From the NCBI RefSeq assembly GCF_036365525.1, contig NW_027140825.1:868001-932000 (forward strand): a stretch of DNA of 64,000 nucleotides, in the 5' to 3' direction. Positions 11,985 to 24,450 of the stretch are shown in pieces. The notes beneath the pieces were generated by a model that worked only from the letters and a program-made list of their open reading frames with translations, was not told the DNA's origin and did no database searches. The stretch comes from Heterodontus francisci (lineage: Eukaryota). The translations under genes and the position numbers were made by a program. How positions within the stretch are numbered: position 1 is the first letter of the stretch; every line of letters starts with the position of its first letter.

Positions 11985-13404
11985 CTCTGGAGGGAGACAG
12001 ATCCATGTGTTCATTGTGTGAAATCACTGAGCTGTTTTATTGCAGAATATCTCAATGTTCTGAGTGACATTTACTGTCCCCTCCTCCCCACTGTTTCATG
12101 TTCCCATTGGGGGGGGAGGGTGGGGGTGCAAATTCCTGATGGTTCATTGGGTCCCACATGTTGACATGTTGACAGGTCATTCCCGGGGCTGAGCTAAGGA
12201 GGCCTCAGGGGAATCTGGGGGGCCTCTGGTCAATATTAAAGACCAAACATGATGAAGTCTAACTGCGTTTTTCTGTGTGGGTGAATAGTTGAGAAGTGAA
12301 ACATTTCAGAAGCAGCCGAGTTGACCTGTGGAGCTGCTGTGGGTAAAGCTCACTCTGTCTGAGCATGTGCTGGGCAGCGGATGCAGTGGAGTACCACTGG
12401 CACCTAGTGGCTCCAGCTGCAACTGCAAGCACCGATTCTGCAGGCGTTTCAGTGTCAGACCCTGAACTGGTTTCAGTCATTAGTTATATTCTCCTACTCG
12501 ACTCGTGTTGGCGCTTGTGGCATAGAACCAGATGCAAGTCAATGCACAGATCGGCGCCATTCGGCCCCACAGCTCTCTGCTTCACTCCAGCCTCAACCAG
12601 TCAAATACATTTTGAAGTGCAGTCACTGTTGTAATGCAGGGAAGGAGGCAGACAAGCTGCAAGATCAAGTGCAGGGTTATTCAGAAAGAACAGGGAGTGG
12701 GAGTAATTGGACAGGGAGGATGGAAACCAGGGATCATAAATGTAAGGTAGTCCTTAATAAATCCAATTGGGAATTCAGGAGGAGGTTCTTTAACCCAGGG
12801 AGCGGTGAGAATGTGGAATTACAGACCAAATGGAATGGGTTGAGGTCGAATAGAGAAGATGCAGTTAAGGGGGAGCTGAATAAATACATGAGTGAGAAAG
12901 GAATAGAAGAATCTGTTGATAGGGTAAGATGAAGAAAGATGGGAGGAGGTCGCTCTTTCGAGCTGCCAGGCCAGGATCGATGGGCTGAATGGCCTGGATT
13001 TGACCTGCATGACACGATGACCCAATAAGACCCGTCAACCTGCTGCCTTGTTTTGGGGCCAAGACAGTTTCTTCACTGTCACTGGGTCAAAATCCTGAAA
13101 CTCCCTTCCTAACAGCACTGTGGGTTTACCTACCCCACGTGACTGCAGCGGTTCAAGAAGGCAGCTCAGCACCACCTTCTCAATTAGATGATTAGGGATG
13201 GACAATAAATGCTGGCCTCAACCAAAATCTCATGAATGAATTGAAAAAGAGAAAATAAACTCAGCAGGGGAAAAAAAACTCCAAAAAATACAACAACAAC
13301 CTCAACATGCAAAAACCAAATTGAACAACAACTTAAGCAGGGAAGGAACCAAGTACAACTAAAACCTCAGCAGGGAAAACACCAACAAACACAACAACTA
13401 CCTC

Positions 13405-13729
13405 CACCAGTGTATTAACACCTAATCTGTACTAATGCTTTGTCTTTCAACACACCATTAACATATTGTTTGCCTTTGCTCCGTGCCCTTTTGGTCAGCT
13501 ATGTGGCATGGTCCAATCTAGACCTCCTTTGTTACCTCTAGCCCCACCCCCACGTCACTTGCTTATAACCTGTGACTTTTCTAATATTTGTCAGTTCCGA
13601 TGAAGGGTCACTGACCCGAAACGTTAATCCTGCTTCTCTTTTCACAGATGCTGCCAGACCTGCTGAGTGGTTCCAGCATTTCTTGTTTTTATTTCAGATT
13701 TCCAGCATCCGCAGTATTTTGCTTTTATT
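13405..13729 (+). mobile_element. Penelope-like retroelement 3' fragment with 14-bp target-site duplication
   Basis: ACAACAACTACCTC at 13391-13404 and 13730-13743; the insert is absent from cassettes B and C; contains GATGAAGGGTCACTGACCCGAAACGTT. Confidence 0.7.
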
Positions 13730-13981
13730 ACAACAACTACCTCAGAAGGAGATTCAAGCAACAACAAATACAACAACAACTTCAGCAGCAGAATGATACC
13801 AACAAATGCAACAGCAACTACTGGCAGCCAATGGTAGAGAGAGGGGCGTGGGTTCCCCATCAGGGAGGGAGGTGTTGGGCAAACCTCAATCACTTGCTTG
13901 AGTCTTCATGTGGCTTCTCACAAGACTCAACTCTCTTCTTTCCACTGATTTCCCAATTGCAGGTTCAGCTTCCAGTGAAAG

Positions 13982-14474
13982 ATGTATCTGTTACTGAGTC
14001 TCATGGTCTTATTTCAAAGTAAGGGATCTTTATCACCACCACCCCACACCCCCATTATTTGTGTTAACAGCTGTCTTTCTTATTTTCTTTCTCTCTATCT
14101 TTCTCTCCTTGTTTCATTCTTCACATCCCAGATTGTCCCTGTTCACTGACCTTCTTCTCTCCCGGTCTCTTCCCCCAGGCGCAATCTCAGCGAGGGTCCG
14201 CCAGGCTCCCACCGCCGTCTCCAGATTTCCTGGGGAGGGAGTGGGACTGGAGTGCCGTGTGGAGGGTGAGAGCAGCGGTTCCATGTTCTGGTACAGACAG
14301 GACCCGGGGAAGGAGCCGCGGCTGATGTTTTACTCCGCAGCTACACCAAGTGTGAACTCAGAGGGAACTGTGGAGGGTTTCACAGCCAAGCGACCGACTG
14401 GCTCCCACTTCAACCTGGAGTCCACCAGCCTGCGGGAGAATCATTCGGCCCTGTATTTCTGTGCCTGGAGTCAG
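13982..14474 (+). CDS. TRBV: TCR beta V segment, apparently functional, TRBV30-like (CAWS); leader 13982-14018, V exon 14179-14474
   Basis: Leader MYLLLSLMVLFQ A|GTAAGG; V RVRQAP..VGLECRVEGESSGSMFWYRQDPGKEPRLMFYS..FTAKRPTGSHFNLES..SALYFCAWS; open frame. Confidence 0.93.
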
Positions 14475-14513
14475 CACAGTGACTCAGAGAGACGGAGCAG
14501 TTCAACAAAAACA
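14475..14513 (+). promoter_or_regulatory. 23-RSS (CACAGTG-23-ACAAAAACA)
   Basis: Consensus heptamer, 23-bp spacer, near-consensus nonamer. Confidence 0.95.
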
Positions 14514-15635
14514 CCAACAGAAACACCTGTTTCAGATAAAAGCCCGCAGCTCTGTATCCTGTTTGGTTTATCTATTGCAGTGTGAACATGTCTTCGACAT
14601 GAAGAAGACACAGAAAGATGTTCAAGGATGATATCAGAACTGAGAGGTTATAATGATCAGGAAAAGACTGAACAGACTGGGGCTCTTTTCTCCAAAAAAG
14701 AGAAGGCTGAGGAGTGACCTGATAGAGCTCTTTAAGATTATGAAAGTGGTTTTGATCAGATAAATGTAGAGAAGATTTTTTCCATTTGCGGGTGAGTCCA
14801 GAAAAAGGGGGAGGGGTCATCAATATAAGACACTCACCAATAAATCCAATTGGGAATTCGGGAGAAACATCTTCACCCAGAGAGTGGGGAGAATGTGGAA
14901 CTCATTACCACAGGCTGAGGGGAATAGGCAAGATGTATTTAAGCTGGGGGGTGGGGGTGGGGAAGCTGCATAGGACATGAGGGAGAGAGGAACAGAAGGA
15001 GATGTGGCTTGTGGCGAGATGAAGTGGGCGTGGAACGACGTTCGTGTGGACCAAAAAGGCCTGCATGGACGTGTCTGGCCGAATGATCTATTTCTGTGCT
15101 GTAACTTCCCTGCAGCTGGAGCGAGGAGCAGGAACACCAACACTGTGGGACTAGTCAGTGGAGCTGGGGAACTGACTCCTGGGTGAGGAGCAGCTTTTCT
15201 TTGTGATCCTCATCTAAACCTGTCACAATCTTGTACACCTCTATCAGGTCTCCACTCAATCTCATTTTCTCCAGGTTTTCCAACCTAACCTTGTAATTAA
15301 AATCCCCTATCCCCGGAATCATATTGGTAAATCTCCTCTACACCCTCTCAAGGAAACTCACCTCCTTCCTAAAGTGTGGTGCGCAGAACTGGATGCAATT
15401 GTCCAGTTGTGGCCTAACTAGAGCTTTATAAAGATTCAGCATAACTTCCCATATTTTGTAGGCAGTGCCTCTATTTATGAAGCCCAAGATCTCACAGTTT
15501 TGCTAATCTCATATGTTTTGCTATTCCCATACTCTTTGCTACTGTTTCGAAGTACAGCCACTGCTGCAATGCAGGAAGTGTGGCAGCCAGTTTCTACAAG
15601 GCAAGATCCCACGAACAGACAATGTGCAGATCCTG

Positions 15636-16640
15636 CTGAAGTTGTTGTTGAATTTGTTGGTTTTTTTCTCCTGCTGAAGTTGTTGTTGACTTTGTTGGTG
15701 TTTTTCCTGTTGAAGTTGTTGTTGCATTTGTTGCTGTTTTTCCTGCTGAGGTTGTTGTTGAAATTGTTGGTGTTTTTCTCCTGCTGAAGTTGTTGTTGAC
15801 TTTGTTGGAGTTTTTCCTGTTGAAGTTGTTGTTGAATTTGATGGCGTTTTCCCTGTTGAGGTTGTTATTGAATTTGTTGTTGTTTTCTCCTGCTGAAGTT
15901 GCTGTTGAATTTGTTGGTGTTTTTCTTGTTGAATTTGTTGGTGCTTTTCCTCTTGAGGTTGTTGTTGACTTTGTTGGTGTTTTTCTCCTGCTAAAGTTGT
16001 TGTAGACTTTGTTGGTGTTTTTCTCCTGTTGAAGTTGTTGTTGATTTTATTAGTATTTTATATTTCTCCTGTTGAAGTTATTGCTGAGCTTGTTAGTGGG
16101 TTATTTTTCTGCTTCAGTTATTTTTGTATTTTTTCCTGTTTGCCTCCTGATAACGTTGTTGTTGAATCTATTGGTGTTTTTTCTCGATGTTGTTGTTGAA
16201 TTTATTGTTGTTTTTCCTGTTGAAGTTGTTGTTAAATTTATTGGTGTTTTTTCCACCTGCTAACGTTGTTATTGAATTTGTTAGTGTTTTTCTCCTGAAG
16301 TTGTTGTTGAATTTGTTGGTGTTTTTCCTGTTGAAGTTGTTGAATTTGTTGGTGTTTTTCTCCTGTTGAAGTTGTTGTTGACTTTGTTGGTGTTTTTCTC
16401 CTGATGAAGTTGTTGTTGACTTTGTTGGTGTTTTTCTCCTGCTGAAGTTGTTATTGAATTTGTTGGCGTTTTTCCTGTTGAGGTTGTTATTGAATTTGTT
16501 GGTGTTTTTCCTGTTGAGGTTGTCGTTGAATTTGTTGGTGTTTTTCTTCTGTTAAAGTTGTTGTTGAATTTGTTGGCGTTTTCCCTGTTGAGGTTGTTGT
16601 TGAATTTGTGAGTGTTTTTTTCTGCTGCAGTTGTTTTTGT
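15636..16640. repeat. Degenerate ~35-bp TTG-rich satellite (CCTGYTGAAGTTGTTGTTGAATTTGTTGGTGTTTTT)
   Basis: Directly visible; same family (either strand) at 13260-13820, 20880-21330, 46005-46240, 47360-47660, 49140-49570, 52210-52500, 54715-55530, 61700-62540. Confidence 0.9.
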
Positions 16641-16759
16641 CTTTTTGGGGGTTTTCTCCTCCAGGGGGACAGCAGAGGGCGAGCTAGGACCAGGAAACCC
16701 ATCAGACTTCACCAATATTGATTAAAAAAACATGGTTTTCATTGTTCTGTAAAATTGTT

Positions 16760-17340
16760 TCCTTTCTCTCTCTTCATGTCTGTTTCTTTGTCTCTGTTGC
16801 CCTTGTTATCTTTCCTCTCTCACACACACTCACTCTCATTCTCTTTCTTTATCCCTGTCTGTCTTTCCTTCTCTCAGTTCCTCTCTGCTCTGTTGCTCTT
16901 TCTGTCTCTCACACACACACACATTCTCATTCTCTCTCTTTATCTCACTGTCTTCTATCCTTCCCCTCTCTTTCTCGCCTCTCATTTTCTCACTTACTCT
17001 TGCTGTCTGTCTCTATTTCTCTCTCACACACACTCACTCATTTTTCTCTCTCTCTCTCTCATTAATTCTGACAATCTCCTCTCATTTCCTGTCTCTGTGT
17101 CGCTCTGTCTCTCCTTGTCTGTCTCTACACCTCCTACTGCTTCATTCTCTCTATCTGTCACTATGTCTCTCATTCTCTCTCTCTCTCTGTGTCTAACTTA
17201 TTTTGCCTGAATCATTCCATCTCTCAGTGGCTTTGTCGATCAGTCTGTCTCTCTTTCTCTCTGTCTCTGCCTCACTCTACCTCTCCCTTGCTCCCTCTCA
17301 GCTGTTCTCTCTCTCTCTCATTTTCTCTTTATTTTTCCCT
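16760..17340. repeat. TC-rich low-complexity tract
   Basis: (TC)n/(CA)n mosaic; paralogs at 49670-50245 and 55660-56245. Confidence 0.85.
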
Positions 17341-18082
17341 ATGTAGGGATCCCTGGGATGGCCTCTGCCTGTACGGCGCTGATCCCTGCTAAGCTTTTGT
17401 TGGTATGATCTGGTCAGAGGGTGCTCCGTAAGGAATACAACGCCAGAGACAGTGATTACTCGCCCTGTCTGCAGTTTCCACAGCAGCAGGGGCGGTTTGA
17501 TCACACTGCTTACAACGAGCCTCCTCCTCTGAAAAGAATCTCAAAGTAGTTAAAGATCTGCTGACAGAAGATACTGAAGTGTTATTTGGAGATACTGGTC
17601 ACAATTCCTTCCCTTTCCATATTCCTGCTTTCCACCTTTAAGACAGGAAACACCACTGTCCCCATTTGGTACCATTGTTGATGAAATTAATGTTCGTAAT
17701 AGTTACTTTATGCATTGTTATATGTAATCACCTCGTCAACCAAACTGAAATAATTCACTGCTGCTTGATCCGAACAGCAGTTAGGATTATTTTAACAGAG
17801 TATCATCCTTAAACATTACCTATTTTCCTTTTGCTCAGATGCAGACTGAGCTGGTTTGCATTCATCCTTCCGAGTTTGGCGCTTTTATAGTTTTACCACT
17901 GTCAAAAATCTGATTTATAATTGGGCTTAACCTATGGAGCAAATATAAGCGTGAAGGTAGCAGCGTGACTGGAGGAAAATAATTTGTCTCCTCTGCTTTT
18001 GCCTCTGTCCCTCCCTGTAACCCTCTATCGTTCTCTCCCCATTGATCTGCCATCCTGTATGAAGAATCTTGTCAGATGTTAG

Positions 18083-18403
18083 ATGGTTCTCCAGTCCCCG
18101 GCGGCCAACGCCCTGGTTCCTGGGGAGGAAACCACGTTCCACAGCAGAATTGGGCAGGGCAACATGACTGAGTGTTGTTTGGACTGGTACTTGCAGATTG
18201 GTGACTGCCTGGGATGGATCAGATGGAGTGCACTTTCTGCATCTAACAACAGGAAATGGATTGAAACCCAGCACGAGACTCAGGCCAACACTTTCCCTCT
18301 GTCGTTGAAAAGCTCCTGGGTCCAAGACAACAGCGCTTACTACTGCAGGGCTCACAAGGATACACACAGTGTAACTAGAATGGAAGGAAACAGGGCAAAA
18401 ACT
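18083..18403 (+). pseudogene. TRBV: TCR V pseudogene (xAH family), V 18083-18364 plus RSS 18365-18403
   Basis: MVLQSP..TTFHSRIG (Cys23->Ser)..DWYLQ..WI..NTFPLSLK..D..AYYCRAHKD; in-frame TAG immediately 5'; CACAGTG-23-GCAAAAACT. Confidence 0.82.
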
Positions 18404-19542
18404 TGGGAATTGTGTAATACATCTTACCCCAGTCTCTGGGGGTACGGTAGCATAGCTGTTATGTTACTGGGACTAGTAATCCAGAGGCTTCGACCGAATG
18501 ATGCAGAGCACTGGAGCACAAATCCCACCACAGCAGCTGGGATAATCAAACCAAACAAGCACCACCTTAAATATTTACTCCCTCCGCCACCGACGCACAT
18601 TGGCAGCAGTGTGTACCAGCTACAAGATGTACAGCAGTAATGCACCAAGGTTCCTTTGACAGCACCTTCCAAACCCACGAACTCTACCAACTAGAAGGAT
18701 AAGGGCAGCAGACGCATGGGGAAACCACTGCCTGCAAGTTCCCCTCCAAGCCACACACCATCCTGACTTGAAACTATATCGGCCGTTTCTTCACTGTCGC
18801 TGGGTCAAAATCCTGGAACTCCCTTCCTAACAGCACTGTGGGTGTACATACCCCACATGGACTGCAGCGGTTCAAGAAGGCAGCTCACCACCACCTTCTC
18901 AGAGGTCAATTAACGAAAAATAATACATGCTGGCCTAGCCTAGCCAGTGACACCCACATCCAATGACTCCCTGCTCCTCTCCAATTTCCCAATATTAACT
19001 TCCTCAGACTTGTTCTCAAATCCCTCCATGGCCTCACCCCTCCCTATCTCTGTTGCCTCCTCCAGCCCCACAAGACATTGACATCTTCTGTGTTCATCCA
19101 ATTCCTGGCCTCTTGTGTATCCCCGATTTTAACACTCCACCATTGGCGGTCATGCTTTAAGCTGACTTGGTATTAAGATCCTGAATTATCTCACTAACCC
19201 TCTCCACCTCTCGACCTCCCTCTCTCCTCTTTTAAAATGCTCCGTTAAAAACTCTCTCTTTGATCAAGCCTCTGGTTATCTCGCCCGAAATATCGTTCTG
19301 TGGCTCGATTTCCAAAAACGTCAGAAATGTTCTTATTGGTATCACTGCTGCTAAGCACCTTGGGACATTTTGCTGCATTAAGTGTGCTATTTAAATGTAA
19401 GTTGTTGTTGGTGTAACGGAAAAAGTAAGGGGACCAGCTTTATTAATTGACGTTACTGATCAGCAGCGAGCCCGATGAGATTCTCCTGACACGGAATTGT
19501 ATTCCTGAGGAAGTGAAAAGCACATGTTTACATCTCCACCCA

Positions 19543-20065
19543 GATCAGTCAGTTGAACTGTTGTGAAATGACTCATTGGTCACAACTCTCTAGTGTAACG
19601 ATGTCAAACGTCTGCAATAAGTGAACATGGCTGGGTATCGTCCATTGATGGACATTCAGACAAGGAGAGCTGCAGTTTGGAAAGGCCTTTTAACGTGTTT
19701 GACTCCCTGACCATCCAGTGTGATTGTAAATCTGATTGTAAACTGTGTGTTTAAAGTTTTATTGCATTCTCTGTCTGCTCAATACATCTATGAACGCTGA
19801 CCATGACCGTCTCAAGAAGTTTATTGATTTTGCTGGAATGGCTTTCCCATATGATCATGGAAATCCAGTGTTTTTGTTCTGGGAGGGAACACTCACTGTT
19901 AAATGATTGCTGAGGGCTGGGATCAGAAGGGATGTGACTGTGCATGGTGGGTCTGCCCAGCATTCCCCAAACCTCGTGCTGCTCCATTCTATTCTGGTCA
20001 GTGCTTCCACCCTGGATAATCCAGCTCACTCAAGGCCTGACAGAGGAAAATGAGAAATCCTGGCA
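19543..20065 (+). repeat. Left arm of ~520-bp inverted duplication (partner 28262-28787)
   Basis: Reverse complement matches 28262-28787 at high identity; 18964-18999 also matches 28792-28827. Confidence 0.9.
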
Positions 20066-21559
20066 ACAGGAGTGGGCCATTCGCCCCGTTCGAGCTCGCT
20101 CCGCCATTCAGGGAGATCATGGATCATCTACAACTTATTTCCATTTGCCCATCTGGGTTCCATATCATTTAATACCCTCACCTAACATCAATCTAGCAAT
20201 CTCTGCTTTGTAATGTCTGATTAACCCCCCTCACACCCCCATCTGTAGAGCTTTTTGAGGGAGAGAGTTCCAGATTTCCACTACCTGCTGTGTGAACCAG
20301 CGTTTCCTGACATCACTCCTGAACAGCCCCACCCCACCTTGCCCTGGACTCCCCCAGCAGAGGAAATTGTTTCTGTCCATTAACACCATCGAATCCTTTA
20401 ATCGTCCTAAATATTTCAATGAGATCACCCTTTAATCTCCTATACTTAAGAGAATATGACATTAGGCCATGCAAACTGTGAAGCTAATTTAACCCTTTTA
20501 GACCTGGTGTCATTACCTCCAAGGCTGAGACATCCTTCCTGAGTTTTGATGCACAGAACTGAAGATGGTTTCTCCAGAAGGGGACTAATCCGAGCTGCAT
20601 ACAACAGTAACACAACATCCAGCGCTTTCTATTCCAGCCCCCTTGAGGGAAAAGGGACAATACTCTTTGTTGTAATAGTTACTTAATTTTTTAATTATTT
20701 GACCTGGAAACGAACCTGCAGAAAGGTTATTTCAATGAGCAGGAGGTCGCTCTGTGGAACAGGGTCCCAGGGAGACGCTGGAAGCAGATATTACCTGCAC
20801 ATTAGAGAGATTTCACTCAGGGATACACTTATAGTGTAAGCTGAGTCATGAGGGGTGGTGAGTGTAACATGTTCAGGAGGAACAGGGGAATTCAACAACA
20901 ACTTCAGGAGGGGGAAAAAGAACAACAAATACAACAACTTCAGGAGCAGAAAGACACCAACAAATTCAACAACTTCTTCAGGAGAATTAAAAACAAACAT
21001 CACAACAACTTCAACAGGAAAATTACACCAACAAATTCAACAACAACTTCAGGAAGCAATCACCAACAAATCCTGCAACTTTAGGGGAAGGGGGGAGTAA
21101 AGAAAACAACTAATATTCTCACAACGTCAGCAGGGGAAACACCTACAACTTCACCAACAACTTTAGGGAAGTACATCAAGCAATGCAGCAGCAACTTCAG
21201 CTGGGCAAAGACACCAACAAGTTCAACAACAACTTCAGTGAAAAAAAGACAATAAATACAGCAACAACTTCAGCAGGGGAAAAACACTAACAAATTGAAC
21301 AACATCAGAAGGGGGTAAAACACTGACAAATGGGGAAATTGCACAACTTGTTGAGGTTGATGGGAATTCGTTCACAAAAGCTCCGAGTATCTGATCAGAC
21401 CTGCATGATGTAATCGTTGCAAACAAAGCCCATTTCAGCCTCAATGTGGAAAGGGGAGAGGGAGATTCATAAAAGGGGCTCAAAGATCTTCTACCAGCAC
21501 GTAAATAGTAAGTGAGTAGTAAGAGGTAAAGAGGGGTCAAGTAAGGACGGAGAGAGTAA

Positions 21560-23260
21560 TATGTGCTTTGAGGCACAGGGCAAAGCTAATATACTTAATG
21601 AGAACTTTGTATCAGTGTTCACGAAGGAACTGGAGGCTGAAAATTATCTGCAGAAGCAGAGAGAGTAGAGGCAATGGATAGGATAACAATTGGGAGCTGG
21701 TACTAAAAAGGCTGGCTATGCTTTGGGTGGATAAGTCACCTGGTTCAGATAACTTGTATCCCAGTTTGCGAAAGGAAGTGGGGGGTAGAGATAGAAGAAG
21801 GGCTTGCCGTCATCTTCAAATCTTCCCTGGTTATGGGGGAGGTGCCAGAGGATGACAGAGTGGCAAATCCTTATTCAAGAAAGGGTGTAAGGACAGTCCG
21901 AGCAACGACAGGCCACTTAGTTTAACATCAGTTATGGGTAAGGTTCTAGAAACAATAATCAGAGAAAAATCAATAGACGGTTAGAGAGGTTCGAGTTTAA
22001 TTAAGGATAGCCAGCATGGATTTTCAAAAGGCAGGACATTATTGACTAATCTAATTGAATTCTTTGATGAAGCGACAGAGAAGGTCGATGGAGTGAATGT
22101 GGTGGATGTTGTATATGTGGATTTTAAGAAAGCGCTTGACAAGGTACCACATAAAAGGCTGGTTAACACAACTGAGGCTCATGGATGAGAGGGTCAGTGT
22201 TCAATTGGGTGAAAAAGTGCCGTCAGGACAGGAAACAGCGAATCGTAGTAAATGGTTGCTTTTTAGACTGAGGGATGGTAGTCAGTGTTGTTCCCCCATG
22301 GGTCAGTGCTGGGACCACTGCTTTTTCTGCTATATATAAATGACTTGGATCTTGAAATACAGAGCAGAATCTCAAACTTTGCTCTCAACACCAAACTTGG
22401 AGGTGCGGCAAACAGTGTGGATGATATGAACTGCCTGGATCAGGGCATAGATAGGCTAGCAGAATGGACAGAGAGGTGGTCAATGGAATTTCATACTGAC
22501 AAGTGTGAGGTGATGCATTTTAGCAGAAGGAATAGGGAGATGCAATATATACTTAATGGCACAGTTGTAAAGATTGTGCAGGGACAGAGGGACCTGGGGG
22601 TGTATGTGCACACATCTTTGAAGGTGGCAGGACATCGTGAGAGAGTGGTTAGGAAAGCAGGTGGGATCTTGGGCTTCATAAATAAAGACATAGGGCACAA
22701 AAGCAGTGAAGCCATTGTGAACCTTATAAAGCTCTGGTTCGGCCCCAAATGGAGAGTTGTGTCCAGTTCTGATCACCACACTTCAGGAAAGATATGAGGG
22801 TCCTTGAGAGGGTGCAGAGAAGGTTTGCCAGAATGGTTCCAGTGATGGGGGACTTTAGTTGCAAGGTTAGGTTGGAAAAACTGGGTTTGTTCTCCTTAGA
22901 ACAAAGGTGGTTTGACAGAAATGTACAAGATTATGACAGACTTAGATAACTCAGACAAGAAAAAACGGTTCCCATTAACTAATGGTACAATAGGGAGGTT
23001 GTAGGTTTGGGTTAGAGATGCAGGGGAATATGAGGAAGAACTTTTTTGGCACTGCGGGTGTTAATGACCTGGGACTCGCTGCCCACAGGGTGGTGAAATC
23101 GAAGATGATCAATGACTTCAAGAGGAAGTTGGATTTCCACCTGAGAGAAATAGACTTGCAGGGCTACAGGGATCGAGCTTGGGGAGTGGACTTACTTCAC
23201 AGCACCGTGGACAGCCAGCATGAACTCGATGGTCCGAATGGCCTTCTTCAGTGCCGTAAA
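21560..23260 (+). mobile_element. CR1-like LINE, decayed RT 3' half and 3' UTR
   Basis: GSVLGPLLFLLYINDLD...KLGG...W.MEF..DKCEVMHF (ORF 22285-22797). Confidence 0.92.
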
Positions 23261-24134
23261 TGGCTCGATGCCTCCTTCAAAAGAAGCAACCCTTGACTCC
23301 TCTGTCCTTACAAAATACTGTCCCATCTCCAACATCCCTTTCCTCTCCGAAATCCTGGAACAAGCTGTGCCCATCTTTCCCAGAATTCCATGTTTGAATC
23401 CATCAGCCCCTTGCTATGGCTCTGATATTAATCCCAGCCATATCAGTAATGGGTCAGTATTTGACAATAGCCTGTCAATAACTCCCTCAGATATACAGAC
23501 TAATGCTTCGAGAAATACACCCTTGGCAATGTTTGACTTGACATTTAAATACAGAGCCCATCGCAGTCCCATCACTGTCCCAATGTTAGGGTGTGACCAG
23601 CAGTCAGTCTCTGGTCCATTGATAGCTGGGCAGAGGCTTCACAATGTCACGTTTCCTGGTTACACAGAGACTCTCACAGCTCTCTCCCTCTCTCTCTCTC
23701 TCTCTGGCTGTCTTCACTCTTGTTTGCCTATGTCCCTGAATATGTACCGGTGCCTTTTCGGGAGATCCTCTCTGTGCCTCTGATCGAAACAGTCCATTGT
23801 CCTCAGTCTGTGAGACTCATCTGACAAGCACGACATCAGTACTGGGTCATATTGGGGCAATGTGCTCTGTATCCTCTCAGATTAATGGACACTGAGTATC
23901 TGACATAAAATATTCACAGGATAAATACCTCCCATATCAGTAATGTGTCAGTATTGAGCAATAGGCTGTGTATATTAGATCATAAATGGACACTGAGTGT
24001 CCCAGACAGATCATTCTCATGATAAAGTGCTTCAATATGTCAGCAACAGTCCAGGACCCCAAACTCTCCTTCCAGGTGAAACAGCGATTCACTTGGAATT
24101 TCAATTTCAAATAGAAAGAGGGAATTATTGACAG

Positions 24135-24450
24135 AATATTTTATAACACCCTCATGACGACCCGCCAAAGTGCTTTACAGCCAATGAAATGCTTGTTTTG
24201 CTGCAGTGCAGTCACTGTTGTAATGTAAGAATCATGGCAGCTGATTTGTGCACAGCAAGCTCCCACAAAGAGCAATGTGAGAATGACCAGGTAATCTGTT
24301 TTAATGACGTTGATGGAGGGATAATTATTGGCCAGGACACCAGGGAGAACTCCCCTGCTGTTCTTCAAAATAGTCCAATGGGATCGTTTATATCCACGGG
24401 AGAAAGAGGATGGAGTCTCTGTTTAATGTGACATCTGAAAGAGGGCATCC
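24135..24450. mobile_element. Deu-domain SINE (SacSINE1/AmnSINE1-like)
   Basis: CAAAGTGCTTTACAGCCAATGAA...GCACAGCAAGCTCCCACAAA...GGCCAGGACACCAGGGAGAACTCCCCTGCT; recognised from memory of the family. Confidence 0.65.

Larger units (their letters stand above)
13070..18960 (+). repeat. Two-V cassette copy A (CAA satellite, CAWS V, LINE pieces, TTG satellite, TC-rich tract, xAH-type pseudo-V, LINE tail)
   Basis: Colinear homology with ~47100-52050 and ~52050-57830; boundaries approximate. Confidence 0.9.

Noticed and set aside
15500-17210. Leu/Val/Phe-rich 'membrane protein' and Gln/Asn/Thr-rich ORFs
   Set aside because: Products of the TTG/CAA satellite and TC-rich low-complexity DNA; same for 49-50, 54-56 and 61-62 kb
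17340-17545. Cassette-conserved unique segment with CWY and TLLITSL-like words (possible ancient V relic)
   Set aside because: Spacing is wrong for a V domain, no YYC or RSS; conservation is explained by recent duplication
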